Source: Camelus ferus
Lineage: Eukaryota
Assembly (NCBI RefSeq): GCF_009834535.1
Contig: NC_045697.1
Location: 120,716,001-120,780,000, forward strand
Direction: 5' to 3'
Length of the DNA: 64,000 nt
Part shown: in pieces, positions 11,301 to 25,500 of the stretch
Layout of the letters: each line of letters begins with the position of its first letter
Position numbering within the stretch: position 1 is the first letter of the stretch
Notes under the pieces: model-generated
The model's database searches: none
What the model was told of the DNA's origin: nothing
What the model saw: only the letters and a program-made list of their open reading frames with translations
Made by a program: the position numbers and the translations under genes

Positions 11301-14300
11301 TGCCGCATTTTCTAAACTGGCATTTGGAAACCTCTGTGAAATCAGAGAAAATGCTTCTAAGTATCAATATGCCTTTTATTATGCTGAAAGTTCATTAATC
11401 CACATGCAAACACATTTGTAGTGAATATATGTCGAATCCGTTATGCATGTAGCGTGTTCGAAAGACGTAATTTCACAGCAATGGAATCTCTGCAAATTAC
11501 ATGCCTAGTGGGTAGAAATCGCTCCAACATTTTTTTCCTTCGAAAAATGCCTAATTTTCAAAACTGCTATTAGGAAACTGCTGCGATCTCAGAGTTAATG
11601 TTTCTAGGTGCAAATATGTATTGTGTGGTAGATGAAAGTTTGTAATGCACAAGCTTACACTCAATATAGAATGTTGTAGAATCTGTGATGCATGTAATGT
11701 ATTTAGAACACGGAATGTCATGGTAAGTGAAATTATGTAAATTACAAGTGTATTGGATAGAACTCACTCCAAGAGGATTTTTCTGTGAAAACTGTCTTAT
11801 TTTCGAAACTGGCATTAAGAAATATCTGCAAATACTGAGTACATGCTTCTAGCTGTATACATACATTGTATGGTAGATGAAAGTACATTAATCCACATGT
11901 TAACAACTCAGCACTTAATATTTGTCGAAATGCAGTGCATGTAGCATGTACGGAGTACGGTATGTTACGGCGAAGAAATCTATGTAAATTACATGTCTAC
12001 TGTGTAGAACACTCTACAAGAGAATTATCCTGCAAAATTCCCTGATATTCTAAACTGCAGATAGGAAAAAGCTGCAAAATCAGAATAATATTTTCAAGTT
12101 GTATATATGCATTATATGTTGGATGAAAGTTCTGTAATTCACAGGCACACAACTGACTAATGAATGTTTGTCAAATCCGTGATGAATGCAGTGTGTTCGG
12201 ACCACGGAAAGTCACTTTGTTGGAAACAATTGAAATTGCAATTCTAATGGGTAGTACTCACATGCAGAGATTTTTTCTGGGAAAACTTTATGATTTTCGA
12301 GACTGACGTTAGGAAAAATCTGTGAAATCAGGGTAAATATTTCTAGGTGTATTTATGCCTTGTATGGTGGATGAAAGTTCTGTATTTCACATGCACACAC
12401 CTGAGTAATAAATGTTTGTCAAATCCGTGATGCATGTAGCGTGTTCAGAAAATGGAAAGTCGCTTTGAGGGAAACTACTTAAATTACAATTCCTCTGGAT
12501 AGAACTCACTTGAAGAGGTTTTTCCTGAGAAAAATTCATGATTTTAAAACCTGAAGTTAGGAAAAAGTTGTGAAAGCAGAGTAAATATTTCTAGGTGTCA
12601 ATATGCCTTGTATGGTGGATTAAATTTCAGAAATCCACATGCTCTCTAATCAGTAATGAATGTTTTATACATCCAATATGCATAGAGCGTGTTCTGAACA
12701 GGGAATGTCATGGTAGGTGAAACATTGTAAATTTCATGTCTGTCTGTTAGAACACGCTCGAAGAGAATTTTTCTGTGAAAACTGCCTGTTTTTTGCAACT
12801 GGCATTCGGACAAATCTTCAAACACAGAGAAAAATGTCTAGGTGTAAATATGCCGTGTTTTTTGGATGAATGTTCGGTAATCAACACGTTCCCAACTCAT
12901 TAATCAATGTTTGTCGAATCCGTGATCCATGTAATGTGTTCGGAACACAGACTATCACGGTAATAGAAACCTTGCAAATTACACATTTATTAGGTAGATC
13001 TCGCTCCAAATACATTTATCTGCGAAATCTGCTTCATTTTCAAATCTGGCATTAGAAAAACACTTCGAAATCTGAGAAATTGATTCTAAGTGTCAATATG
13101 AATTGTATGGTGTATGAAAGTACAGTAATCCACATGCTAAAAAATTCGAATATTTGTCGAAACATTTATGCATGCAGCTTTCTCGGAACACAGATTTTGA
13201 CGGTGAGTGAACCTATGAAAACTAAATGTCTATTGTGTAGAACTTTCTCCAAGAGCATTTTTCGGTGAAAACTGCCTCATTGTCGAAACTGGCGTTAGGT
13301 AAACTTTCAAAAAATGAGAAAATTCTTGTAAGCGCCATTATGCCTTGTATGGTGCATAAAATTAAGTTAATCCACTTGCTAACAACTCTGTAGTTAATAT
13401 TTGTGGAATCCGAGTTGCATGTAGCCTGTTCAGAAAACGGAATTTCACGGTGAGCGAATATTTGTAAATTACAAGTCTCTTGGTTAGAACTCGCTCCAAG
13501 AGCTTTATGCTGCGAAATCTGCCGTATTTTCTAAACTGGTGTTTTGAAACTTCTGTGAAATCAGAGAAAATGCTTCTAAGTATCAATATGCCTTTTATTA
13601 TGCTGAAAGTTCGGTAATCCACATGCAAACATATTTGTAGTGAATATATGTCGAATCCGTTATGCATGTAGCGTGTTCGAAAGACGTAATTTCACAGCAA
13701 TGGAATCTATGCAAATTACATGCCTAGTGGGTAGAAATCGCTCCAACAGTTTTTTCCTTAGAAAAATGCCTAATTTTCAAAACTGCTATTAGGAAATTGC
13801 TGCGAACTAAGAGTTAATGTTTCTAGGTGCAAATATGTCTTCTGTGGTAGATGAAAGTTTGTAATGCACATGCTTACACTCAATATAGAATGTTGTAGAA
13901 TCTGTGATGCATGTAATGTATTCAAACACGGAATGTCATGGTAAGTGAAACTATGTAAATTACAAGTGTATTGGATAGAACTCACTCCAAGAGGAGTTTT
14001 CTGTGAAAACTGTCTTATTTTCGAAACTGGCATTAAGGAATATCTGCAAATACTGAGTACATGCTTCTAGCTGTATATATACATTGTATGGTAGATGAAA
14101 GTACATTAATCCACATGCTAACAACACAGCACTTATTATTTGTCGAACTGCGGTTCATGTAGCATGTTCGGAGTACGGTATGTTACGGCGAGGAGATCTA
14201 TGTAAATTACATGTCTACTGTGTAGAACACTCTACAAGAGAATTATCCTGCAAAATTCCCTGATATTCTAAACTGCAGATAGGAAAAACCTGCAAAATCA

Positions 14301-17300
14301 GAATAATATTTTCAAGGTGTATATATGCATTATATGGTGGATGAAAGTTCTGTAATTCACAGGCACACAACTGACTAATGAATGTTTGTCAAATCCGTGA
14401 TGAATGCAGTGTGTTCGGACCACGGAAATTCACTTTGTGGGAAACAATTGAAATTGCAATTCTAATGGGTAGAACTCACATGCAGAGATTTTTTCTGGGA
14501 AATCTTCATGATTTTCGAGACTGACGTAAGGAAAATCTGTGAAATCAGGGTAAATATTTCTAGGTTGTTTTATGCCTTGTATGGTGGATGAAAGTTCTGT
14601 AATCCACATTTACACAACTGAGTAATGAATGTTTGTCAAATCCTTGATGCATGTAGCATGTATAGAAAATGGAATGTCACATTGAGGGAAACTATTTAAA
14701 TTACAATTCTACTGGGTAGAACTCGCATGAAGAGGTTTTTTCTGTGAAAACTTCATGATTTTTGAAACTGAATTTAGGAAAAAGCTGGGAAAGCAGAGTA
14801 AATATTTCTAGGTGTAAATATACCTTGTATGGTGGTGGAAAGTTCAGAAATCCACATGCTCACAACTCAGTAATGAATGATTTCTAAATCCAATATGCAT
14901 GTAGCGTGTTATGAACACGGAATGTCATGGTAAGTGAAACATTGTAAATTTCATGTCTATTGGATAGAACACGATCGAAGAGAATTTTTCTGTGAAAACT
15001 GCCTGTATTTTGCAAGTGGCATTAGGACAAATCTGCGAACACAGAGAAAAATATCTAGGTGTAAATATGCAGTGTTTGGTGGATGAAAGTTTGGTATTAC
15101 ACATGTTCACATCTCATTAAAAAATGTTTGTCCAATCCGTGATCCATGTAGCATGTTGGGAACACAGAATATCACGGTGATAGAAACTTTGTAAATTACA
15201 TCTGTATTCGGTAGAACTCGTTCCAAAAGCATTATTATGTGATATCTGCCTCATTTTCACATCTGATATTAGGAAAACACGTCAAAATCAGAGAAAATGC
15301 TTCTAACTGTCAATATGACTTGTAAGGTGGATGAAAGTTTGGTCATAAACACGTTCACAACTCAATAAATAATGTTTGTCGAATCAGTGATGCATGTAGC
15401 GTGTTCGGAACATGCAATGTCACGGTGAGTGAAAGCATTTAAATTACATGTCCACTTGGTAGAACTTGCTCCAAAAGCATTTTTCTTTGAAATCTGCGTC
15501 ATTTTCCAAACTGGCATTAGGAAAAAATTCGAATTTTGAGAAAATGCTTCTAATTGCCAATATGACTATTTTGGTGATGAAAGTTCAGAAATACACATGC
15601 TAACAAATCTGTTGTGAATATTTTTTGAAACCGTGATGCATGCAGTTTTTTCAGAACACAGAATTTGACGATGAGCAAATCTATGTAAATTACATGTCTA
15701 TTGTTTGGGAAAAGTTCCAAGAGTATATTTCTGTGAAAACAGCCTGATTTCAGAAACTGACGTTAGGAAAAATCTGCATATACTTTGTACATGTTTCTAG
15801 CTGTATATACACATTTTATGGTAGATGAAAGTTCATTAATCCACATGCTAACAACACAGCAGTGAATATTTGTCGAACCTGCGTTGCAAGTAGCAAGTTT
15901 GAAGCACAGAATTTCACGGCGAGGGACTCTATGTAAATTATATGTCCAATGTGTAGAACATGCTACAAGAGATTTATCCTGCTATAGTTGCCAGATATTC
16001 TAAACTGCCATTAAGAAAAAGCTGTGAACTCAGAATAATGTTTTCTAGGTTTATATATGCCTTATATGGTGGATGAAATTCTGTAATCTACATGCACACA
16101 ACTGAGTAACGAATGTTTGTCAAATCTGTGATGAATTTAGCATGTTCGGTCCATGGAAAGTCACTTTATGGGGAACTATTGAAATTACAATTCTAATGGG
16201 TGGAACACGCTTGCAGAGATTACTTCTGCAAAATCATCATGATTTTCAAAACTGACGGAAGGAAAATAATGAAATCAGGGTAAATATTTCTAGGTATATA
16301 TGTGTCTCATATGGTGGATGAAAGTTCTGTAATCCACATGCACACAACTGAGTAATTAACGTTTGTCAAATCCGTGATGCATTTAGCATGTTTAGAAAAC
16401 GGAAAGTCGCTTTGAGGGTAACTGCTTAAATTAAAATTCTTCTGGATAGAACTCACTTGAAGAGGTTTTTTCCTGAGAAAACTTCATGATTTTAAAACAT
16501 GAAGTTAGGAAAAATCTGTGAAAGCAGAGTAAATATTTCTAGATGTAAATATCCCTTGTATGGTGGATTAAATTTCGGAAATCTACATGCTCTCTAATCA
16601 GTAATGAATGTTTTAAAAATCCATTATGCATAGAGCGTGTTCTGAACAGGGAATGTCATGGTAGGTGAAACATTGTAAATTTCATGTCTGTCTGATAGAA
16701 CACGCTCGAAGAGAATTTTTCTGTGTAAACTGCCTGTTTTTTGCAACTGGCATTCGGACAAATCTGCAAACACAGAGAAAAATTTCTAGGTGTAAATATG
16801 CCGTGTTTGTTGGATGAATGTTCGGTAATCAACACGTTCCCAACTCATTAATCAATGTTTGTCGAATCCGTGATCCATGTAATGTGTTCGGAACACAGAC
16901 TATCACGGTGACAGAAACCTTGCAAATTACACATGTATTAGGTAGAACTCGCTCCAAAAGCATTTATCTGCGAAATCTGCCTCATTTTCAAACCTGGCAT
17001 TAGAAAATCACTTCAAAATCTGAGAAAATGATTCTAAGTGTCAATATGAATTGTATGGTGGATGAAAGTTCAGTAATCCACATGCTAAAAAATTCTATAG
17101 TGAATATATGTCGAAACTGTTATGCAAGGAGCTTCCTCGGAACACAGAATTTGACGGTGAGTGAACCTATGTAAATTAAATGTCTATTGTGTAGAAGTCT
17201 CTCCAAGAGCATTTTTCGGTGAAAACTGCCTCATTTCCGAAACTGGCGTTAGGAAAACTTTCAAAAAATGAGAAAATGCTTGTAAGGGCCATTATGCCTT

Positions 17301-20300
17301 GTATGGTGGATAATACTTCGCTAATCCACATGTTAACAACTCTTTAGTTAATACTTCTGGAATCCGAGATGCATGTAGCCTGTTCAGAACACGGAATTTC
17401 ACGGTGAGCAAATCTATGTAAATTACAAGTCTCTTGGGTAGATCTCGCTCCAAGAGCTTTTTGCTGTGAAATCTGCCGCATTTTCTAAACTGGCGTTTGG
17501 AAACATCTGTGAAATCAGAGAAAATGCTTCTAAGTATCAATATGACTTTTATTATGCTGAAAGTTCTGTAATCCATATGCAAACACATTTGTAGTGAATA
17601 TATGTCGAATCAGTTATGCATGTAGCGTGTTCGAAAGACGTAATTTCACAGCAATGGAATTTATGCAAATTACATGCCTAGTGGGTAGAAATCTTTCCAA
17701 AAGTTTTTTTCCTTCGAAAAATGCCTAATTTTCAAAACTGCTATTAGGAAATTGCTGCGAACTCAGAGTTAATGTTTCTAGGTGCAAATATGTCTTGTGT
17801 GGTAGATGAAAGTTTGTAAAGCACATGCTTACACTCAATAAAGAACGTTGTAGTATCTGTGATGCATGTAATGTATTCAGAAAACGGAATGTCATGGTAA
17901 GTGAAACTATGTAAATTACAAGTGTATTGGATAGAACTCACTCCAAAAGAAGTTTTCTGTGAAAACTGTCTTATTTTTGAAACTGGCATTAAGGAATATC
18001 TGCAAATACTGAGTACATGTTTCTAGCTGTATATATACATTGTATGGTAGATGAAAGTACATTAATCTACATGCTAACAACTTAGCAATTAATATTTGTC
18101 GAACTGCGGTGCATGTAGCATGTTCGGAGTACGGTATGTCACGGCGAGGTGATCTATGTAAATTACATGTCTACTGTGTAGAACACTCTACAAGAGAATT
18201 ATCCTGCAAAATTCCCTGATATTCTAAACTGCAGATAGGAAAAAGCTGCAAAATCAGAATAATATTTTCAAGGTGTATATATGCATTATATGGTGGATGA
18301 AAGTTCTGTAATTCACAGGCACACAACTGACTAATGAATGTTTGTCAAATCCGTGATGAATGCATTGTGTTCGGACCACGGAAAGTCACTTTGTGGGAAA
18401 CAACTGAAATTGCAATTCTAATGGGTAGAACTCACATGCAGAGATTTTTTCTGGGAAATCTTTATGATTTTCGAGACTGACATTAGGAAAAATCTGTAAA
18501 ATCAGGGTAAATATTTCTAGGTGTATTTATGCCTTGTATGGTGGATGAAAGTTCTGTAATCCACATAAATACAACTGAGTAATGAATATTTGTCAAAACC
18601 GTGATGCATGTAGCGTGTTCAGAAAATGGAAAGTCACTTTGAGGGAAACTGTTTAAATTACAATTCTACTGAGTAGAACTCGCATGAAGAGGTTTTTTCT
18701 GTGAAAACTTCATGATTTTTGTAACTGAAATTAGGAAAAAGCTGGGAAAGCAGAGTAAATATTTCTAGGTGTAAATATACCTTGTATGGTGGTGGAAAGT
18801 TCAGAAATCCACATGCTCACAACTCAGTAATGAATGATATCTTAATCCAATATGCATGTAGCGTGTTATGAACACGGAATGTCATGGTAAGTGAAACATT
18901 GTAAATTTCATGTCTATTGGATAGAACATGATCGAAGAGTATTTTTCTGTGAAAACTGCCTGTATTTTGCAAGTGGCATTAGGTCAAATCTGCGAACACA
19001 GAGAAAAATGTCTAGGTGTAAATATGCAGTGTTTGGTGGATGAAAGATTGGTACTCCATATGTTCACAGCTCATTAAAAAATGTTTTTCCAATCCGTGAT
19101 CCATGTAGCGTGTTTGGAACACAGAATATCACGGTGATAGAAACTTTGTAAATTACATGTGTATTGGGTAGAACTCGTTCCAAAAGCATTATTCTGTGAA
19201 ATCTGCATCATTATCAAATCTGACATTAGGAAAACACTTCAAAATCTGAGAAAATGCTTCTAAGTGTCAATATGACTTGTTTGGTGGATGAAAGTTTGGT
19301 AATATACACGTTCACAACTCAATAAAGAATGTTTGTCTAATCAGTGATGCATGTAGCGTGTTCGGAACATGCAATATCACGGTGAGTGAAAGCATTTAAA
19401 TTACTTGTCCACTTGGTAGAACTTGCTCCAAAAGAATTTTTCTGTGAAATCTGCCTCATTTACAAAACTGGCATTAGGAAAATTTCGAATTTTTGGAAAA
19501 TGCCTCTAAGTGCCAATATGACTTGTATGGTGATGAAAGTTCAGAAATACACATGCTAACAAATCTGTAGTGAATATTTTTTGAAACCGTGATGCATGCA
19601 GTTTTTTCAGAACACAGAATTTGTCGATGAGGAAATCTATGTAAATTACATGTCTATTGGGTGGAACAAGTTCGAAGAGTATATTTCTTTGAAAACAGCC
19701 TGATTTCAGAAACTGACGTGAGGAAAAATCTGCATATACTTTGTACATGTTTCTAGCTGTATATACACATTATATGGTAGATGAAAGTTCAGTAATCCAC
19801 ATGCTAACAACTCAGGATTGAATATTTGTCGAACCAGCGTTGCAAGTAGCAAGTTTGAAGCACGGAATTTCACGGCGAGGGACTCTATGTAAATTTTATT
19901 TCCAATGTGTAGAACATGCTACAAGAGATTTATCCTGCTATAGTTGCCAGATATTCTAAACGGCCATTAAGAAAAAGCTGTGAACTCAGAATAATATTTT
20001 CTAGGTTTATATATGCCTTATATGGTGGATGAAAATTCTGTAATCTACATGCACACATCTGAGTAATGAATGTTTGTCAAATCAGTGATGAATTTAGCAT
20101 GTTCGGGCCATGGAAATTCACTTTATGGGGAACTATTGAAATTACAATTCTAATGGGTCGAACTCGCTTGCAGAGATTACTTCTGCAAAAACATCATGAT
20201 TTTCAAAACAGACGGTAGGAAAAAGTAGTGAAATCAGAGTAAATATTTATAGGTGTATATATGACTCATATGGTGGATGAAAGTTCTCTAATCCACATGC

Positions 20301-22590
20301 ACACAACTGAGTAATTAACGTTTGTCAAATCCGTGATGCATGTAGCATGTTCAGAAATGGAAAGTCGCTTTGAGGGAAACTGCTTAAATTACTATTCCTC
20401 TGGATAGAACTCACTTGCAGAGGTTTTATCCTGAGAAAACTTCATGATATTAAAACCTGAAGTTAGGAAAAAGCTGTGAAAGCAGAGTAAATATTTCTAG
20501 GTGTAAATATGCCTTGTATGGTGGATTAAATTTTGGAAATCCACATGCTCTCTAATCAGTAACGAATGTTTTATAAATCCATTATGCATAGAGCGTGTTC
20601 TGAACAGGGAATGTCATGGTAGGTGAAACATTGTAAATTTCATGTCTGTCTGATAGAACACGCTCGAAGAGAATTTTTCTGTGAAAACTGCCTGTTTTTT
20701 GCAACTGGCATTCGGACAAATCTGCAAACACAGAGAAAAATTTCTAGGTGTAAATATGCCGTGTTTGTTGGATGAATGTTCGGTAATCAACACGTTCCCA
20801 ACTCATTAATCAATGTTTGTCGAATCCGTGATCCATGTAATGTGTTCGGAACACAGACTATCACGGTAATATAAACCTTGCAAATTACACATGTATTAGG
20901 TAGAACTCGCTCCAAAAGCATTTATCTGTGAAATCTGCCACATTTAAAAACTGGCATTAGAAAAACACTTCGAAATCTGAGAAAATGATTCTAAGTGTCA
21001 ATATGAATTTTATGGTGGATGAAAGTTCAGTAATCCACATGCTAAAAAATTCTGTAGTGAATATTTGTCGAAACTGATATGCATGCAGCTTTCTCGGAAC
21101 ACAGAATTTGACGGTGAGTGAACCTATGTAAATTAAATGTCTATTGTGTAGAACTCTCTCCAAGAGCATTTTTCGGGAAAACTGCCTCATTTTCAAAACT
21201 GGGGTTAGGAAAACTTTCAAAAAATGAGAAAATGCTTCTAAGCGCCATTATGCCTTTTATGGTGGATAAAACTACGGTAATCCACATGCTAACAAGTCTG
21301 TAGTTAATATTTCTGGAATCCGAGATGCATGTAGCCTGTTCAGAACACGGAATTTCACGGTGAGCAAATCTTTGTAAATTACAAGTCTATTGGTTAGAAC
21401 TCGCTCCAAGAGCTTTTTGCTGCGAAATCTGCCGCATTTTCTAAACTGGCATTTGGAAACCTCTGTGAAATCAGAGAAAATGCTTCTAAGTATCAATATG
21501 CCTTTTATTATGCTGAAAGTTCATTAATCCACATGCAAACACATTTGTAGTGAATATATGTCGAATCCGTTATGCATGTAGCGTGTTCGAAAGACGTAAT
21601 TTCACAGCAATGGAATCTCTGCAAATTACATGCCTAGTGGGTAGAAATCGCTCCAACATTTTTTTCCTTCGAAAAATGCCTAATTTTCAAAACTGCTATT
21701 AGGAAACTGCTGCGATCTCAGAGTTAATGTTTCTAGGTGCAAATATGTATTGTGTGGTAGATGAAAGTTTGTAATGCACAAGCTTACACTCAATATAGAA
21801 TGTTGTAGAATCTGTGATGCATGTAATGTATTTAGAACACGGAATGTCATGGTAAGTGAAATTATGTAAATTACAAGTGTATTGGATAGAACTCACTCCA
21901 AGAGGATTTTTCTGTGAAAACTGTCTTATTTTCGAAACTGGCATTAAGAAATATCTGCAAATACTGAGTACATGCTTCTAGCTGTATACATACATTGTAT
22001 GGTAGATGAAAGTACATTAATCCACATGTTAACAACTCAGCACTTAATATTTGTCGAAATGCAGTGCATGTAGCATGTACGGAGTACGGTATGTTACGGC
22101 GAAGAAATCTATGTAAATTACATGTCTACTGTGTAGAACACTCTACAAGAGAATTATCCTGCAAAATTCCCTGATATTCTAAACTGCAGATAGGAAAAAG
22201 CTGCAAAATCAGAATAATATTTTCAAGTTGTATATATGCATTATATGTTGGATGAAAGTTCTGTAATTCACAGGCACACAACTGACTAATGAATGTTTGT
22301 CAAATCCGTGATGAATGCAGTGTGTTCGGACCACGGAAAGTCACTTTGTTGGAAACAATTGAAATTGCAATTCTAATGGGTAGTACTCACATGCAGAGAT
22401 TTTTTCTGGGAAAACTTTATGATTTTCGAGACTGACGTTAGGAAAAATCTGTGAAATCAGGGTAAATATTTCTAGGTGTATTTATGCCTTGTATGGTGGA
22501 TGAAAGTTCTGTATTTCACATGCACACACCTGAGTAATAAATGTTTGTCAAATCCGTGATGCATGTAGCGTGTTCAGAAAATGGAAAGTC
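2312..22590. repeat. Tandem duplication of a ~10.13-kb (41-monomer) block: ~2312-12441 and ~12442-22570
   Basis: Private variants recur at an offset of 10129-10130: aaatcttcaaacac (~2683/~12813), tacatttatc (2881/13011), and ORFs with identical translations at 10828/20957, 10989/21118, 11143/21272, 11570/21699. Confidence 0.9.
12364..12611. repeat. Hybrid F/M monomer that creates a 9-monomer (~2.22 kb) HOR variant
   Basis: The 5' part is F-type (ctgtatttcacatgcacacacctgagtaataaatg) and the 3' part is M-type (gtcgctttgagggaaactacttaaattacaattcctctggatag). It is followed by N instead of G. Confidence 0.92.
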
Positions 22591-25500
22591 TCATTGAGGG
22601 AATCTATTTAAATTACAATTCTACTGAGTAGAACTCGCATGAAGAGGTTTTTTCTGCGAAAACTTCATGATTTTTGAAACTGAAGTTAGGAAAAAGCTGG
22701 GAAAGAAGAGTAAATATTTCTAGGTTTAAATATAGCTTGTATGGTGATGGAAAGTTCAGAAATCCACATGCTCACATCTCAGTAATGAATGATTACTAAA
22801 TACAATATGCATGTAGCGTGTTATGAACACGGAATGTCATGGTAAGTGAAACATTGTAAATTTCATGTCTATTGGATAGACCACGATCGAAGAGAACTTT
22901 TCTGTGAAAACTGCCTGTATTTCGCAAGTGGCATTAGGACAAATCTGCGAACACAGAGAAAGATGTCTAGGTGTAAATATGCAGTGTTTGGTGAATGAAA
23001 GATTGGTACTCCACATGTTCACAGCTCATTAAAAAATGTTTGTCCAATCCGTGATCCATGTAGCGTGTTCAGAACACAGAATATCACGGTGATAGAAACT
23101 TTGTAAATTACAAGTGTATTGGGTAGAACTCGTTTCAAAAGCATTATTCTGAGAAATCTGCTTCATTTTCAAATCTGACATTAGGTAAACACATCAAAAT
23201 CTGAGAAAATGCTTCTAAGTGTCAATATGACTTGTATGGTGGATGAAAGTTCGGTAATACACACATTCACCACTCAATAAAGAATGTTTCTCAAATCAGT
23301 GATGCATGTAGCGTGTTCGGAACATGCAATGTCACGGTGAGTGAAAGCATTTAAATTACATGTCCACTTGGTAGAACTTGCTCCAAAAGCATTTTTCTGT
23401 GAAATCTGCCTCATTTTCCAAACTGGCATTAGGAAAAAATTCGAATTTTGAGAAAATGCTTCTAAGTGCCATTATGACTTATATGGTGATGAAAGTTCAG
23501 AAATACACATGCTAACAAACCTGTAGTGAATATTTTTAAAACCGTGATTCAAGCAATTTTTTCAGAACACAGAATTTGATAATGAGCGAATCTCTGTAAA
23601 TTACATGTCTATTGGGTGGAACAATTTCCAAGAGTATATTTCTTTGAAAACTGCCTGATTTCAGAAAGTGACGTTAGGAAAAATCTGCATAAACTTTGTT
23701 CATGTTTCTAGCTGCATATATACATTTTATAGTATATGAAAGTTCAGTAATCCACATGCTAACAACTCAGCAGTGAATATATTCGCACCTGCGGTGCAAG
23801 TAGCAAGTTTTAAGCACGGAAATTCACGGCGAGGGACTCTATGTAAATTATATACCCAATGTGTAGAACATGCTACAAGAGATTTATCCTGCTATAGTTG
23901 CCAGATTTTCTAAACTGCCATTAGGTAAAAGCTGCGAACTCAGAATAATTATTTCTAGGTTTATATATGCTTTATATGGTGGATGAAAATTCTGTAATCT
24001 ACATGCACACAACTGAGTAACGAATGTTTGTCAAATCCGTGATGAATTTAACATGTTCGGACCATGGAAAGTCACTTTGTGGGAAACTACAGAAATTAAA
24101 TTCTACTGGGTCGAACTCGCTTGCAGAGATTACTTCTGCAAAAACATCATGATTTTCAAAACAGACGGTAGGAAAAAGTAGTGAAATCAGAGTAAATATT
24201 TCTAGGTGTATATATGTCTCATACGGTGGATGAAAGTTCTGTAATCCACATGCACACAACTGAGTAATTTACGTTTGTCAAATCCGTGATGCATGTAGCA
24301 TGTTCAGAAAACGGAAAATCACTTTGAGGGAAACTCCTTAAATTACAATTCCTCTGGATAGAACTCGCTTGAAGAGGATTTTTCCTGAGAAAACTTAATG
24401 ATTTTAAAACCTGAAGTTAGGAAAAAGCTGTGAAAGCAGAGTAAATATTTCTAGGTGTAAATATGCCTTGTATGGTGGATTAAATTTCGGAAATCCACAT
24501 GCTCTCTAATCAGTAATGAATGTTTTATAAATCCATTATGCATAGAGCGTGTTCTGAACAGGGAATGTCATGGTAGGTGAAACATTGTAAATTTCATGTC
24601 TGTCTGATAGAACACGCTCGAAGAGAATTTTTCTGTGAAAACTGCCTGTTTTTTGCAACTGGCATTCGGACAAATCTGCAAACACAGAGAAAAACTTCTA
24701 GGTGTAAATATGCCGTGTTTGTTGGATGAATGTTCGGTAATCAACACGTTCCCAACTCATTAATCAATGTTTGTCGAATCCGTGATCCATGTAATGTGTT
24801 CGGAACACAGACTATCACGGTAATAGAAACCTTGCAAATTACACATGTATTAGGTAGAACTCGCTCCAAAAGCATTTATCTGCGAAATCTGCCACATTTA
24901 AAAACTGGCATTAGAAAAACACTTCGAAATCTGAGAAAATGATTCTAAGTGTCAATATGAATTTTATGGTGGATGAAAGTTCAGTAATCCACATGCTAAA
25001 AAATTCTGTAGTGAATATTTGTCGAAACTGATATGCATGCAGCTTTCTCGGAACACAGAATTTGACGGTGAGTGAACCTATGTAAATTAAATGTCTATTG
25101 TGTAGAACTCTCTCCAAGAGCATTTTTCGGGAAAACTGCCTCATTTTCAAAACTGGGGTTAGGAAAACTTTCAAAAAATGAGAAAATGCTTCTAAGCGCC
25201 ATTATGCCTTGTATGGTGGATAAAACTACGATAATCCACATGCTAACAACTCTGTAGTTAATATTTCTGGAATCCGAGATGCATGTAGCCTGTTCAGAAC
25301 ACGGAATTTCACGGTGATCGAATCTTTGTAAATTACAAGTCTATTGGTTAGAACTCGCTCCAAGAGCTTTTTGCTGCGAAATCTGCCTCATTTTCTAAAC
25401 TGGCATTTGGAAACCTCTGTGAAATCAGAGAAAATGCTTCTAAGTATCAATATGCCTTTTATTATGCTGAAAGTTCATTAATCCACATGCAAACACATTT

